Assembly: GCA_034670305.1 (NCBI GenBank)
Contig: JAXMNT010000017.1
Location: 81,669 to 145,668 of the forward strand
Reading direction: 5' to 3'
Origin: Deltaproteobacteria bacterium
GTDB taxonomy: Bacteria; Myxococcota_A; Polyangia; Polyangiales; Houyiibacteriaceae
DNA: 64,000 nt
This document shows, in pieces, positions 20,353 to 30,130 of the stretch. The notes under the pieces are model-generated. The model was not told the origin of the DNA. It did no database searches and was given only the letters and a program-made list of their open reading frames with translations. Made by a program: the position numbers and the translations under genes. Position 1 is the first letter of the stretch. Each line of letters begins with the position of its first letter.

Positions 20353-21657
20353 GTGCCTCTTCGACTGTGCGTGTGCTTGTCCCTGCTCCTCACCACACAG
20401 CTCGGCTGCGGCGGGGACGACGACCGACCCGACCGCGACGGGGGGCTCGACGCGACCCTCGAGGATGCGCGCGGCACCCGGGATGTGATCCTCCCCGACG
20501 TCCCGTTCTTCGGGGACGCGGCGTGCGCGACCGCGACCTCTGCCGCCGAAGTGGGGCGCGCGCCGGTGGACATCATCTGGATGGTCGACAACTCGACCAG
20601 CATGGCGCCGGCCATCGAGAACGTGCAGAGCGGGCTGAACGCGTTCGCGACCCGCATCGCGGACAGCGGCCTCGACTACCGAGTCATCATGCTCTCACTG
20701 CAGGGGCGCACCGCGACCTCGCGGTTGCCGGTCTGCATTCCGTCCCCGCTCTCGGGCGACGAGGAGTGTGGCGACGGGGACCGGTTCTTTCACATCTCGA
20801 TCGACGTGAAGTCGACCCAGCCGATCGAACAGTTCATCGGTTCGCTGGCTCAGTCGGAAGGGTTCAGCGCCGGCGACGAACGTGGGGGCGGGCCCTGGCG
20901 CATGCACCTGCGGGACGACTCGACCAAGACCATCGTGTTCGTCACGGACGACAACGGCCGGACCTGCGAGCGTCCGTGCGGCGACATCCCGGCCGGGTCT
21001 CCCGGCTGTTCGGGCACGCGCCTCTGCCGCGACGGAGATCCCCTCGTCACGGAGCTGGCGCTCGAGAACTTTCCGGGCGGCGGCAACCCGTTCAACATGA
21101 CCTCGCTCGGGCCAGGCATCCTCGACGCGAGCTACGGCGGCCTCTTCGAGGGCTACACGTTCAACGCGATCTACGGGTGGGGCTCGGAGGTCGATCCCGA
21201 AGTCGTGTGCACGTTCCCCGGCGGCCGGGAGCCGCCCAACCCTGGCTGGACCTACACCACGCTGGTCGAGCGCACCGGTGGGGTGCGGGCGCAGATCTGC
21301 CAACAGGCGGAGTCTGCGGCCTGGGATGCGTTCTTCGGCGAGGTCGCGAGCACCGTGGAGTCCACCTCGAGGCTCTCCTGCACCATCGACATTCCCGCGC
21401 CGCCGGACGGCATGAGTTTCGACGCGACGAAGGTGAACGTGCTGCTGGATTCGGACGGCAGCGCGCGCCCGTTCTTCAAGGTCGGCTCGGGGTTGACCTG
21501 CGACGACGTGCCGAACGGCTGGCGCTACGACAACGACGCGGCGCCGACCCAGGTCATCCTGTGCCCGACGGGGTGCGAGGAAGCCCAGGCCGCGCTCGAA
21601 GCCGCCGGCGAAGCGGCGATCCTGGTTCAGTTCGGCTGCGACACGCTGCTGATCTGA
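20353..21657 (+). CDS. von Willebrand A domain lipoprotein
   Basis: Lipobox-like LGC, MIDAS VDNSTSM, IVFVTDD, Cys-containing C-domain (GWRYD...ILCPTGC...FGC). Confidence 0.8.
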   Translation: MPLRLCVCLSLLLTTQLGCGGDDDRPDRDGGLDATLEDARGTRDVILPDVPFFGDAACATATSAAEVGRAPVDIIWMVDNSTSMAPAIENVQSGLNAFATRIADSGLDYRVIMLSLQGRTATSRLPVCIPSPLSGDEECGDGDRFFHISIDVKSTQPIEQFIGSLAQSEGFSAGDERGGGPWRMHLRDDSTKTIVFVTDDNGRTCERPCGDIPAGSPGCSGTRLCRDGDPLVTELALENFPGGGNPFNMTSLGPGILDASYGGLFEGYTFNAIYGWGSEVDPEVVCTFPGGREPPNPGWTYTTLVERTGGVRAQICQQAESAAWDAFFGEVASTVESTSRLSCTIDIPAPPDGMSFDATKVNVLLDSDGSARPFFKVGSGLTCDDVPNGWRYDNDAAPTQVILCPTGCEEAQAALEAAGEAAILVQFGCDTLLI

Positions 21658-21684
21658 AGCGGGCGGAACTCAGCCGCGGCGGCA

Positions 21685-21890
21685 TTCCGACGGCGAATCC
21701 GATTCCCGACGGCGAATCCGGAGCCGCCGAAGTCGATTCAAGCCGAAGCCGACACTGAAGCCGACGCCGAAGCCGAAGCAGACGCCGAAGCCGAAGCAGA
21801 CGCCGAAGCCGACGCCGAAGCAGACGCCGAAGCAGACGCCGAAGCAGAAGCCGATTCCGAAGCCGACGCCGAATGCCGATTCCGAATCCG
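21685..21890. repeat. CCGANN/CAGANN hexamer array
   Basis: Tandem hexamers between convergent genes. Confidence 0.88.
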
Positions 21891-21905
21891 AGGGCGACGC
21901 TAGAC

Positions 21906-22670
21906 TCAGTCTGCGCGGAGGAGGCAGCCGCCAGCGTCGCAGCGGACCGACTCGGGGGGCGGCGGGCATGCGCAGACCGCGCCGCCGCACCCCAGGCGCA
22001 CCCAGCGCTCCGCGATGCCGTCGAGTTCCGACTGAGAGACGCCAGTGTTCACGCCGTAGTAGCAGCCGCCGAGCCCGACGCCGCAGTGGCCGCTCAGGAT
22101 GTGGCACTCCGCCTCGCAGCGCATGGCGTCCCCGGTCGTAGCCGCCGTGTACGCCGCTTCGATGTCTTCGCAGGTCTCGGCCGGCGGGCCGCTGCACATG
22201 GCGACGCCGTCCTCCACGAAACAATCGCGGTCGCCGCACGGGGCGACGGTGAAACAGGATCCGTCGGCGGAACAGTTGGTCGCGGACGAACCCGAACACG
22301 AACCGCCGAACCCTTCGCAGGGACAACAGCCGCACGGCGCGTCGCAGGGCTCGCCGCAGCGGGGTGGGGCGCCGCATCCGATCACCGAACAGTCGATGCC
22401 CGTGTCTTCGCCCGAGTCGACACCGGTGTCTTCCGCGGTGCCGGTGTCTTCCACGGTGCCGGTGTCTTCCGCGGTGCCGGTGTCTTCCGCGGTGCCGGTG
22501 TCTTCCGCTGTGCCGGTGTCTTCCGCTGTGCCGGTGTCTTCCGCGGCACCGGTGTCGACGCGTGCGGCGTCATCCCCGCCCCCAGCGTCCACGGAGGCAT
22601 CGTCGTCGCCTCCGCATCCCAGCGCGAGCACCACCAACAACGAACCAAGCCCCACCATACGCAGCGTCAT
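21906..22670 (-). CDS. Cys-rich lipoprotein with (DTGTAE)n linker
   Basis: Lipobox LALGC; 18-bp coding repeat at about 22417-22557; Cys-rich C-terminus. Confidence 0.8.
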   Translation of the reverse strand: MTLRMVGLGSLLVVLALGCGGDDDASVDAGGGDDAARVDTGAAEDTGTAEDTGTAEDTGTAEDTGTAEDTGTVEDTGTAEDTGVDSGEDTGIDCSVIGCGAPPRCGEPCDAPCGCCPCEGFGGSCSGSSATNCSADGSCFTVAPCGDRDCFVEDGVAMCSGPPAETCEDIEAAYTAATTGDAMRCEAECHILSGHCGVGLGGCYYGVNTGVSQSELDGIAERWVRLGCGGAVCACPPPPESVRCDAGGCLLRAD

Positions 22671-22818
22671 GTGGGCAGTATTGCTCGTCTCTCGCGGGCT
22701 GTCAGCGGGGCCGGACCGCTTCGGCTTCCGAACACGGCTCCGGATCTGCTCGTCCGCTTTCGCTCCTGCCGGGCCAGAGCCTCCGTGCTGCCTGCCGAGA
22801 AAGTCGATTGCAGTCGCG

Positions 22819-25764
22819 TCAGTCGCAGAAGGTGCCCATGGGCCGGCAACCGAATTCGCAGCAGTGATCGGTGCCGGTACAGGTGTCCCCCGGCTGGTTG
22901 CAGGAACCGGTGCTGTTGCAGCGGGTGACGTTGCAGACGAGGAACATGTTGCAGATGGTGCCCGCCGGTTCGTAGCTGTTCGAAGGACACGAGGGCGAGG
23001 AGCCGCTGCAGGTCTCGGCCACATCGCACGAGCCGGCGTCGGCGCGACAGACGTGGCCGCTGGACTGGTATTGGTCCGAGGGACACGTCTTGCTCGAGCC
23101 GGTGCAGGTCTCTGCCACGTCGCAGGTCCCGGCCGCGGAGCGGCACACGGTGCTCCCGCTCGCCACACCGTCCGCGGGACAGTTCGGGCCGCTGCCATTG
23201 CAGCTCTCGGCCACGTCGCACACCCCGCTTGCCGCGCGGCATTGTCCGCTGGAGGCGAACGAGTCGCCGGGGCAGCTCGCGCTGCTTCCGGTGCAAGTCT
23301 CCGCCACGTCGCACACGCCCGCGGTGCTGCGGCAGACCGTCGATCCAGACGCAAACGAGTTGCCCGGGCAGCTGGCGCTGCTGCCGGTACAGGTCTCCGC
23401 CACGTCGCACACACCGGCGGAGGAACGGCAGACGGTGGAGCCGGAGGCGAAGGAGTTGCCCGGACAGCTCCCGCTGCTGCCGGTACAGGTCTCTGCCACG
23501 TCGCAGGTGCCCGCCGAGGCGCGGCACACGGTGGAGCCCGATGCGAACGAGTTCGACGGACACGCAGCGCTGCTGCCAGTGCACGTCTCCGCGACGTCGC
23601 AGACGCCCGATGCGCTGCGGCAGACGGTCGATCCCGACACGAAGGAGTCCCCCGGACAGCTCGCGCTGCTCCCGGTGCAGGTCTCTTGCACATCGCACGG
23701 TCCGGCGGATGGACGACAGATGGTGCTGCCCGAGGCGAACGAATCGCCAGGACATGCCGCGGTCGAGCCCGTGCAGGTTTCTTCCGCGTCGCACGCCCCC
23801 GCCGAGCCGCGGCAGACGGTGCTGCCGGAGCGGAACGCGTCGCCAGGGCAGGTCGCACTCGAACCGGTGCAGGTCTCTTGAATGTCGCAGGGTCCGGTCG
23901 CCGAGCGGCAGACGTTGGCGGGCGGCTCGAAGCCGTTCGCCGGGCAGGCGGTCGACGCGCCGTTGCACGTCTCCGCCACGTCGCAGACACCGCCCGACGC
24001 GCGACACTCGAAGCCGCTGGCGCGCACTTGATCGGCCGGACAGCTCGGTCCGGTTCCGTCGCAGGTCTCGGCGACGTCGCATCCACCCGCACTGGCCCGG
24101 CAGGTGTTGCCGCTGGCGAACCCATCGGCCGGACAGTTCGGACCCGAACCGCTGCAGGTCTCGGCTTCGTCGCACACGCCAGCGCTGGCGCGGCAGGTGA
24201 ACCCAGGGTCGCGGAATCGATCGCGCACGCAGACCGGGGCACCGCCTGAGCAGTCGATGATCCCGATCTCACAGAGGTTGCCGGTCTCGCAGGGATCACC
24301 GCATCCAAGGTCCAAGCACATGCCTCCGCCATCGCAGACCCGCCCGCCCGAGCAGGTCACGCCCGCGGTGGTGAACGCGTCGTCGGGACACAGGTCGCTC
24401 GAGCCGTCGCACATCTCGGCGGTGTCGCACTCACCCGCCGCCGCACGGCAGGTGGTGCCGCCGCTCATGCGGCTATCGGAGGGACACATGGCGCCAGCGC
24501 CAGAACAGGTCTCGGCCACGTCGCACGCGCCGCGGGACGCGCGGCATTCGGTGCTGGCCGCAACGAACGCGTCGGCTGGGCAAGCGGCGGTCGTTCCGTC
24601 GCAGGTCTCGACTTGGTCGCAGGCGCCTGCAGCGCCGCGGCAGGTCGTCCCCGCAGACTCGACTCCATCGGCTGGACAAACCGGCGAGTCGCCAGTGCAG
24701 GCTTCTTCGATGTCGCACGCGCCGGCGGAGGGCCGACAGGTCGTGCCTGGGTCCACGAACCCCGAGGCCACGCAGGTCGGCACGCCCCCGTCGCACGAGA
24801 CCTCGCCGAGCTCGCAGACGTTGCCGGTCTCGCAGGCGACGCCCGGTTCGCATTCCCCACACACCGCGTCGATGCAGAAGCCCGAGGCGCACTCGGTGCC
24901 GGTCGGCACGAACCCATCTTCGGGACAGGCGATGGAGGTGCCGTCGCAGACTTCTTCCACGTCGCACTCGGAGACCGATGCGCGACAGACCGTGTCCGCG
25001 TCGACCACGCCGGTGGCGACACACACTTCGCTGCCGGAGCTGCAGTCGGTGACCCCGGTCTCGCACGCGTTGCCGGTGTCGCACGGAAGCTCGTCCACGC
25101 ATCCACCCGCATCGCCCATGCTTCCATCCGGCATGCCGCCATCCGTGCCGGTCGGTCGCGTCGTGCAGCCGGTCTCGGGCTGGCAGAAATCGGTTGAATC
25201 GCAGCTGCCGGCGACCTCTTCCACCAGACACGCGCCGGCCAGGCAGACGGCTTCGGCACAGTCGGCCGTGGGGGCAGGGCAGTCGGTGGCGTCGGTGCAG
25301 TTGGTCTCGCCGCACGCATCCGGGTTCTCCGGGCTGCATTCGGGCTCGACGCACATGCCGTTGTGACACGCGGTGCGGCTGGCGTCGCCGGCGCCAGGAC
25401 AGGTCACGGCGAGACAACTCCGGGTGAAGACGATCGTCACGACGGTGTCGCCGTTGATCTCGATGGTCACCTCTCGTTCGCCGATGCGGCGTCCATCGCG
25501 ATCGAACAAGCGCGCTCGGGCGGTTCGGCGGCTGGAGGTGAGGTTCTCGAACGCGGCCACCCGGACCCCACGGAGGTAGTCGCTGGCGGGGGAGACGGCG
25601 TGGGTCTGGGAGACATCGAAGTCGTCGCCCAACAGTTCCACGGTCACCGAATCGAATTCGATCCCAGGCACGAGATCGGTTCGAAGATCCACCAGAAGCG
25701 AAGGATCGTCCCCCGAGCAAGCCACGAGGGCCGTCAGGAGTAGAAGTTTGGTCAGTCGAGTCAT
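22819..25764 (-). CDS. Large Cys-rich lipoprotein with 18 disintegrin-like repeats
   Basis: Lipobox LVAC; repeated CRxxxGxCDxxExCxGxxxxCPxD/N units of about 32 aa. Confidence 0.85.
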   Translation of the reverse strand: MTRLTKLLLLTALVACSGDDPSLLVDLRTDLVPGIEFDSVTVELLGDDFDVSQTHAVSPASDYLRGVRVAAFENLTSSRRTARARLFDRDGRRIGEREVTIEINGDTVVTIVFTRSCLAVTCPGAGDASRTACHNGMCVEPECSPENPDACGETNCTDATDCPAPTADCAEAVCLAGACLVEEVAGSCDSTDFCQPETGCTTRPTGTDGGMPDGSMGDAGGCVDELPCDTGNACETGVTDCSSGSEVCVATGVVDADTVCRASVSECDVEEVCDGTSIACPEDGFVPTGTECASGFCIDAVCGECEPGVACETGNVCELGEVSCDGGVPTCVASGFVDPGTTCRPSAGACDIEEACTGDSPVCPADGVESAGTTCRGAAGACDQVETCDGTTAACPADAFVAASTECRASRGACDVAETCSGAGAMCPSDSRMSGGTTCRAAAGECDTAEMCDGSSDLCPDDAFTTAGVTCSGGRVCDGGGMCLDLGCGDPCETGNLCEIGIIDCSGGAPVCVRDRFRDPGFTCRASAGVCDEAETCSGSGPNCPADGFASGNTCRASAGGCDVAETCDGTGPSCPADQVRASGFECRASGGVCDVAETCNGASTACPANGFEPPANVCRSATGPCDIQETCTGSSATCPGDAFRSGSTVCRGSAGACDAEETCTGSTAACPGDSFASGSTICRPSAGPCDVQETCTGSSASCPGDSFVSGSTVCRSASGVCDVAETCTGSSAACPSNSFASGSTVCRASAGTCDVAETCTGSSGSCPGNSFASGSTVCRSSAGVCDVAETCTGSSASCPGNSFASGSTVCRSTAGVCDVAETCTGSSASCPGDSFASSGQCRAASGVCDVAESCNGSGPNCPADGVASGSTVCRSAAGTCDVAETCTGSSKTCPSDQYQSSGHVCRADAGSCDVAETCSGSSPSCPSNSYEPAGTICNMFLVCNVTRCNSTGSCNQPGDTCTGTDHCCEFGCRPMGTFCD

Positions 25765-25979
25765 GGATGGCTCACGACGAGGCCCCACCTCCTCGCTCCT
25801 AAGGTCTTTGGGCCAGTGTACCTCATTCGGGGGAGGGTACGGAGCGTCGCGGGTGGTCAGGCCCTTCAAAAGCTTGGAAGAAGTCGGGTTGGCGTGCGTT
25901 GACTCGCCGGTACGCCCATGCAACATCGCCCGCTCGACCGCCTTCTCCGGCCGATCCGGGGAGGCCAGGAGATAAGTAC

Positions 25980-27242
25980 GTGCCGAGCGACGAAGACACC
26001 CGCGAAGAAGACGAACGAGACGAGTCCGAAGAGGACGAGTTCGAAGAGAACGACGCGGACGACGAAGACTCGGACGACGAAGGCTCGGACGACGAAGACT
26101 CGGACGACGAAGGCTCGGACGACGAAGACTCGGACGACGAAGACTCGGACGACGAGGACTCGGACGACGAAGGCTCGGACGACGAGGGCTCGGACGACGA
26201 GGACTCGGACGACGAAGACTCGGACGACGAAGACTCGGACGACGAAGACTCGGACGACGAGGACTCCGACGAGGATGCGGAGACCGCTCCGGCCAAGAAG
26301 ACGCGTCGCAAGACCGGCCGCAAGAAGCGCAAGCCGAAGGTCACTGCCGGACAACGTCTCGCCGCGGCCAAGGCCGCGAAGGCCGCCAAGAAGGCCGCGC
26401 TCCGTGGACGCGACGCGGAACAGCTCGAGGACAAGGCCACCCAGCGGGCCGAAGCCGCGGGCAGCTGGCTCGAAGATCACCGCGGTCAGCTGATGGGCCT
26501 GGTGCTCGCGGTGGTCGTCGGTGGTGGCATCTTCATGGGCTGGACCCATTACGCCAAGAGCCAGGACGCCGACGCCGCTGGGCTGCTCTGGCGGGCCACC
26601 GAGACGCTGGAAGCACCGATCGTACTCGAAGGCGAAGACCGCCCCGAGGGCGTCGAAGAGGACGACGAGGTCTACCCGACCATCGCCGCGCGGGCAGCCG
26701 CGACCCTGGAACCTCTGGACGCGCTTCTACGCGACCACAGCGGCTCCGGCGCAGCCATCTACGCCCAGCTCGAACGGGGGAGGGCGCTCTACCAACAGGG
26801 CGAGTTCGCCGACGCCCGCACGGCGTTCCAGGCGGCTCTGACCGGCAGCGCCGACGTGCGCGTGCATGCTCGGGCACTCGAGGGCATCGCGTTCACCCAC
26901 GAGTCCGAAGAGGCGTGGGGCGAGGCGATCGCTCGGTTCGAGGAGCTGCGCGAGGCCGCCGAAGACACCGAGACCGAGATCCTCGCGGACTACCACATCG
27001 CCCGAATGCACATTGCTCAGGACGAAGAGGTGCCGGCGAAGGAGAAGCTCCAGGCCGTGCTCGCTGCGCTTCGTGAAGAAGACGCGCCCGAGATGCCGTA
27101 CGTGCAAGACCAGGCCGAACTCCGGCTGATGGCCATCGACTCGAGTCTCGTGCAGCGGACGCCCGACGCGATGGACCCGGAGCAGATGCGCCGGCTCATC
27201 GAGCAGATGCAGCAGCAGCAGCAGCAGCAGGCACCGCAGTAG
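25980..27242 (+). CDS. YfgM-like TPR membrane protein with long acidic N-terminal extension
   Basis: AGGAG before GTG; (DDEDS)n tract, basic tract, single TM, TPR-like helices; directly upstream of the BamB-like gene as in yfgM-bamB. Confidence 0.75.
   Translation: MPSDEDTREEDERDESEEDEFEENDADDEDSDDEGSDDEDSDDEGSDDEDSDDEDSDDEDSDDEGSDDEGSDDEDSDDEDSDDEDSDDEDSDDEDSDEDAETAPAKKTRRKTGRKKRKPKVTAGQRLAAAKAAKAAKKAALRGRDAEQLEDKATQRAEAAGSWLEDHRGQLMGLVLAVVVGGGIFMGWTHYAKSQDADAAGLLWRATETLEAPIVLEGEDRPEGVEEDDEVYPTIAARAAATLEPLDALLRDHSGSGAAIYAQLERGRALYQQGEFADARTAFQAALTGSADVRVHARALEGIAFTHESEEAWGEAIARFEELREAAEDTETEILADYHIARMHIAQDEEVPAKEKLQAVLAALREEDAPEMPYVQDQAELRLMAIDSSLVQRTPDAMDPEQMRRLIEQMQQQQQQQAPQ
26055..26275 (+). 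repeat. Coding 15-bp tandem repeat (GGACGACGAAGACTC)
   Basis: Encodes DDEDS/DDEGS about 14 times. Confidence 0.9.
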
Positions 27243-28450
27243 TGCGGGCTGGGTCCGCAGTGTCCGCAGTGCGGACTTCCCGCAGTGTCGCGCTGCTGGG
27301 CACGCTGCTCTTCGGTACGATCTCCCTCGGCGGGTGTTCGGTCCACGGGCCCAACACCTACGGGTGGTTCGGCGACACGAACAACAGCACGCTCGCGGGC
27401 ACTTCGGGGCTTCGCATCCGCTGGACCGAACAGCTGACGGAAGAACTCGACAGCTCGTATCAGCCGGTGGAACACGCCGCGGCCGCGCTGGATCCCCGCC
27501 GAGACCGGATCTACGTCGGGTCTTCGGGCGGCGACTTCTACGCGTTCGACTCGGGTGGGCAGCGCAAGTTCCACTACAACCCGCGCTCCGGCATCGAGGC
27601 GGCTCCGGCCATCGACCCGCAGTGGGGCGACATCTACTTGGCGTCAGAAGACGGCGTCGTGCACGCACTTCGTTCTCGAACCGGCGAAGTGCGCTGGAAA
27701 GAGTCCGCCCCGGGTCCAGTGCGCCAGTCGCCCGTGCTGACCGAAGACGCGGTCTTCGCGATCACCGAGAGCGACGAAGTCGTCGCGTTCGCACGGGAAG
27801 ACGGCGAGATCCTCTGGACCCACCGCCGCGACGTGGATGTGGAACTGGCGATCGTCGGCCACAGTGGTCTGACCCTGCACGAAGGCGTGCTCTACGCCGG
27901 GTTCACCGACGGCATGGTCGCGGCCTTGCGGGTCGCCGATGGCGGCGTCGTCTGGGAGCGGCCGACCCAGCTGGACATCGAAGAGAACAACGACGCGCAC
28001 ACCTTCTACGACGCCGACGCCACGCCGGTCGTGGTGGATGACATCGTGTACTGCGCGTCGTTCGCGGCGGGCGTCTACGCGCTCGACCGCAGCAACGGCA
28101 CCGTGCTCTGGCGCGAGCCGATCAAGGGCGTCAACGGGTTGACCACGGCAGGGCGGTTCTTGGTCCTGGCGAGCGCCGACGAAGGTGTGATCACGCTGGA
28201 TCGCAACACGCGGGAGCGGCTCTGGGGCCGGCCACTGACCCGCGGCGCGCCTGGACAACCGGTCATCACCGGCAACGGCACCGTCCTGGTCGCGGAGAGC
28301 ACCGGCTCCTTGCTGGCGCTCGACCTGCGCTCGGGCCGAGAACTGAGCCGGATCGACAGCGGCCACGGCTTCGCAGCGGCACCGGCCGTGGCAGGCGAGC
28401 TCGGTTGGATCCTGTCCAACGGCGGCACGCTCATGGCGTTCCACCTCTAG
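27242..28450 (+). CDS. bamB: BamB-like PQQ-type beta-propeller lipoprotein
   Basis: Lipobox LGGC; repeated AL(D)xxxGxxxW blades; DADATPVV; synteny with the yfgM-like gene. Confidence 0.75.
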   Translation: MRAGSAVSAVRTSRSVALLGTLLFGTISLGGCSVHGPNTYGWFGDTNNSTLAGTSGLRIRWTEQLTEELDSSYQPVEHAAAALDPRRDRIYVGSSGGDFYAFDSGGQRKFHYNPRSGIEAAPAIDPQWGDIYLASEDGVVHALRSRTGEVRWKESAPGPVRQSPVLTEDAVFAITESDEVVAFAREDGEILWTHRRDVDVELAIVGHSGLTLHEGVLYAGFTDGMVAALRVADGGVVWERPTQLDIEENNDAHTFYDADATPVVVDDIVYCASFAAGVYALDRSNGTVLWREPIKGVNGLTTAGRFLVLASADEGVITLDRNTRERLWGRPLTRGAPGQPVITGNGTVLVAESTGSLLALDLRSGRELSRIDSGHGFAAAPAVAGELGWILSNGGTLMAFHL

Positions 28451-28565
28451 GCAACTCCGCTGCGCGGACTCGGATGCGAGCCCGGCGGGCTTCCTAGGCT
28501 CCGCTGCACGGAATGGCGCGGCATCGGCACCAGTGGTCAGGGGCTGGATGTCTTTTCTGGCCATG

Positions 28566-28593
28566 AGTTTACATAATCTACATTATGCGAAGT
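28566..28593 (-). other. dif: dif site (XerC/XerD chromosome dimer resolution site)
   Basis: Minus strand ACTTCGCATAA-TGTAGA-TTATGTAAACT has the 11-6-11 layout of E. coli dif GGTGCGCATAA-TGTATA-TTATGTTAAAT. Intergenic AT-rich island; KOPS-like octamers converge on it. Confidence 0.88.
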
Positions 28594-28600
28594 TGGGTTC

Positions 28601-28830
28601 GTGGTTTGGGCCGAAGTTTGTTCGTGGTACGACCCTCTGATGCCAAGTCACGACGAACTCGTCGGGATCGCGGTAGATGCAGCCGCGGACCTAGACCCGG
28701 TCGTCGTCGCATCGGCGTTTGCCGCCAGCCTGACGAGTCGCCGGTTGGACTGGCGGTCCGCGTTCGGATCCTACGCCGCGGCGTGAACGAGGAACGCATC
28801 CGTTTCTGGTTTGGCGATCTGGTCGGTTGA
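28601..28830 (+). pseudogene. Truncated / internally deleted remnant of a hypothetical protein gene
   Basis: SHDELV...SAFAASLTSRRLDWRSAFGSYA then a frame change into GVNEERIRFWFGDL*. Both pieces read as protein but no intact ORF exists. Confidence 0.5.
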
Positions 28831-28864
28831 CGCGGCAGACGTCTGACCCAGCAGACGTCAAGAG

Positions 28865-29233
28865 TAGCAGCTGCTGAAGAACGCCCGCAGGGCGTTCTCG
28901 CAGCCTGCCCCTTGCCCCTGCCCTTGCCTTTGCCCTTGCCCGCGGATCAGCGGTCAGATCGCTTGATCAGCGCGACGAGCATCGCGACAACCTACAGACG
29001 CAAGACACTGTTCGCCGCCTACCTGGCCGACGCCGCATACAACCTCCTACGCGTCGCGCGGCTGCGCCGCGTAGCACCGATGCCCGGCGGCTTCGTCCGC
29101 TCGGGGCATCGGGCTCCGATTCGCGGCCTCGCCGTCGCGAAACACACGGCGTCCACGACGCGGGCAAGGGCACGGGCAAGGGCACGGGCAAGGGCAACGG
29201 CAAGGGAGCAGGTCGCTTTTCAGCGACCTGCTA
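28865..29233. mobile_element. Non-autonomous MITE-like element, probably IS5-family derived
   Basis: Imperfect terminal inverted repeats TAGCAGCTGCTGAAGAA...TTTTCAGCGACCTGCTA; internal peptide LFAAYLADAAYNLLRVARL like an IS5 transposase C-terminus; more copies at 38856 and 63875. Confidence 0.75.
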
Positions 29234-29848
29234 CGGGCCGAAGCCTGGCGGTGGCGGCATGGTGTTCGGGTTCTGGGGCGGTGTCGCGCCTGGCTGTTGG
29301 GGCTGACCGTTCGGGTTCACCGCGCCTTCGAGGAACCCTTCTCCGAAGTTCCGGGTCGCTTCACCCAGCGCGCGGCCGGCTTCGCGGACCTGGTTGGAGT
29401 CACCCGCTGGGTTGGTCGGCGTGCCCGTCATGGCGCTGGAGCCGCCTGTAAAGGCGGAGCCGAGGCCCTGGACGAGGTCGCCCAGCGCGGCGGCGGCTTC
29501 GCCCATGGCGGCACGGAGCTGTTCGCCCACTTCGCACGCCGGAACGGGCCCCACGAGCGGCTGGGTGCCGGTGCCGGCGCTCACGTAGAGCGTGGGCGGC
29601 GATCCGCCACCGATCGCGCAGGCGTCGTCGTGAAGGACGAGTTCCTGGTCGAGTTTCGCTTGAACGGCCACACCGCCGGCCGGATCGATCGCGACCGCGG
29701 AGACCTCACCGACCCGCAATCCGTTGATCTCTACGGGAGATCCGACGCCCAGGCCGGCACCGTTGTCGAGGTGAACATCGACCTGGTGGCCACCGCACGC
29801 CATCGACATGCTGAGGCAGACCAGGAGAACCCAAAATTTGGCGCGCAC
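29231..29848 (-). CDS. MlaD/MCE-domain lipoprotein
   Basis: Lipobox SMAC; GAGLGVGSPVEINGLRVGEV MCE motif; Pro-rich tail. Confidence 0.75.
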   Translation of the reverse strand: MRAKFWVLLVCLSMSMACGGHQVDVHLDNGAGLGVGSPVEINGLRVGEVSAVAIDPAGGVAVQAKLDQELVLHDDACAIGGGSPPTLYVSAGTGTQPLVGPVPACEVGEQLRAAMGEAAAALGDLVQGLGSAFTGGSSAMTGTPTNPAGDSNQVREAGRALGEATRNFGEGFLEGAVNPNGQPQQPGATPPQNPNTMPPPPGFGP

Positions 29849-29935
29849 GGCTGTCACGGTGTGTCCTACGTGCGCAGTCCGCAACACATTCCGGCCCAAT
29901 CCGCCGATGACACCACTTCGCTCGCGCGTCGGCTG

Positions 29936-30130
29936 CTACTCCGCGAGCTGCGGCGGCGGCCCAAGCGAGTTCATCGGCTCCGGCTGTTGCCGCCGCATCG
30001 CCTCGCCGAGCACCCGGACGTCTTCGAGGTACTGGTTGCCGAGCGTGACGGCGTAACCGGCGAGGATCGCGGCGATGAGCGCGACCGCAAGTGCGGAAGC
30101 TGCCAATGCACGGGCGAGACGGTCACTCAC
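29936..30130 (-). CDS. Small single-TM protein
   Basis: GTGA overlap with the upstream gene; N-terminal hydrophobic helix; 64 aa. Confidence 0.5.
   Translation of the reverse strand: MSDRLARALAASALAVALIAAILAGYAVTLGNQYLEDVRVLGEAMRRQQPEPMNSLGPPPQLAE

Noticed and set aside
28566-28593. Paired pdif module or intact prophage at dif
   Set aside because: No second dif-like site, integrase or phage genes were seen in the window.
28912-29451. Intact transposase in the MITE
   Set aside because: Only about 25 residues resemble a transposase C-terminus and there is no DDE core.
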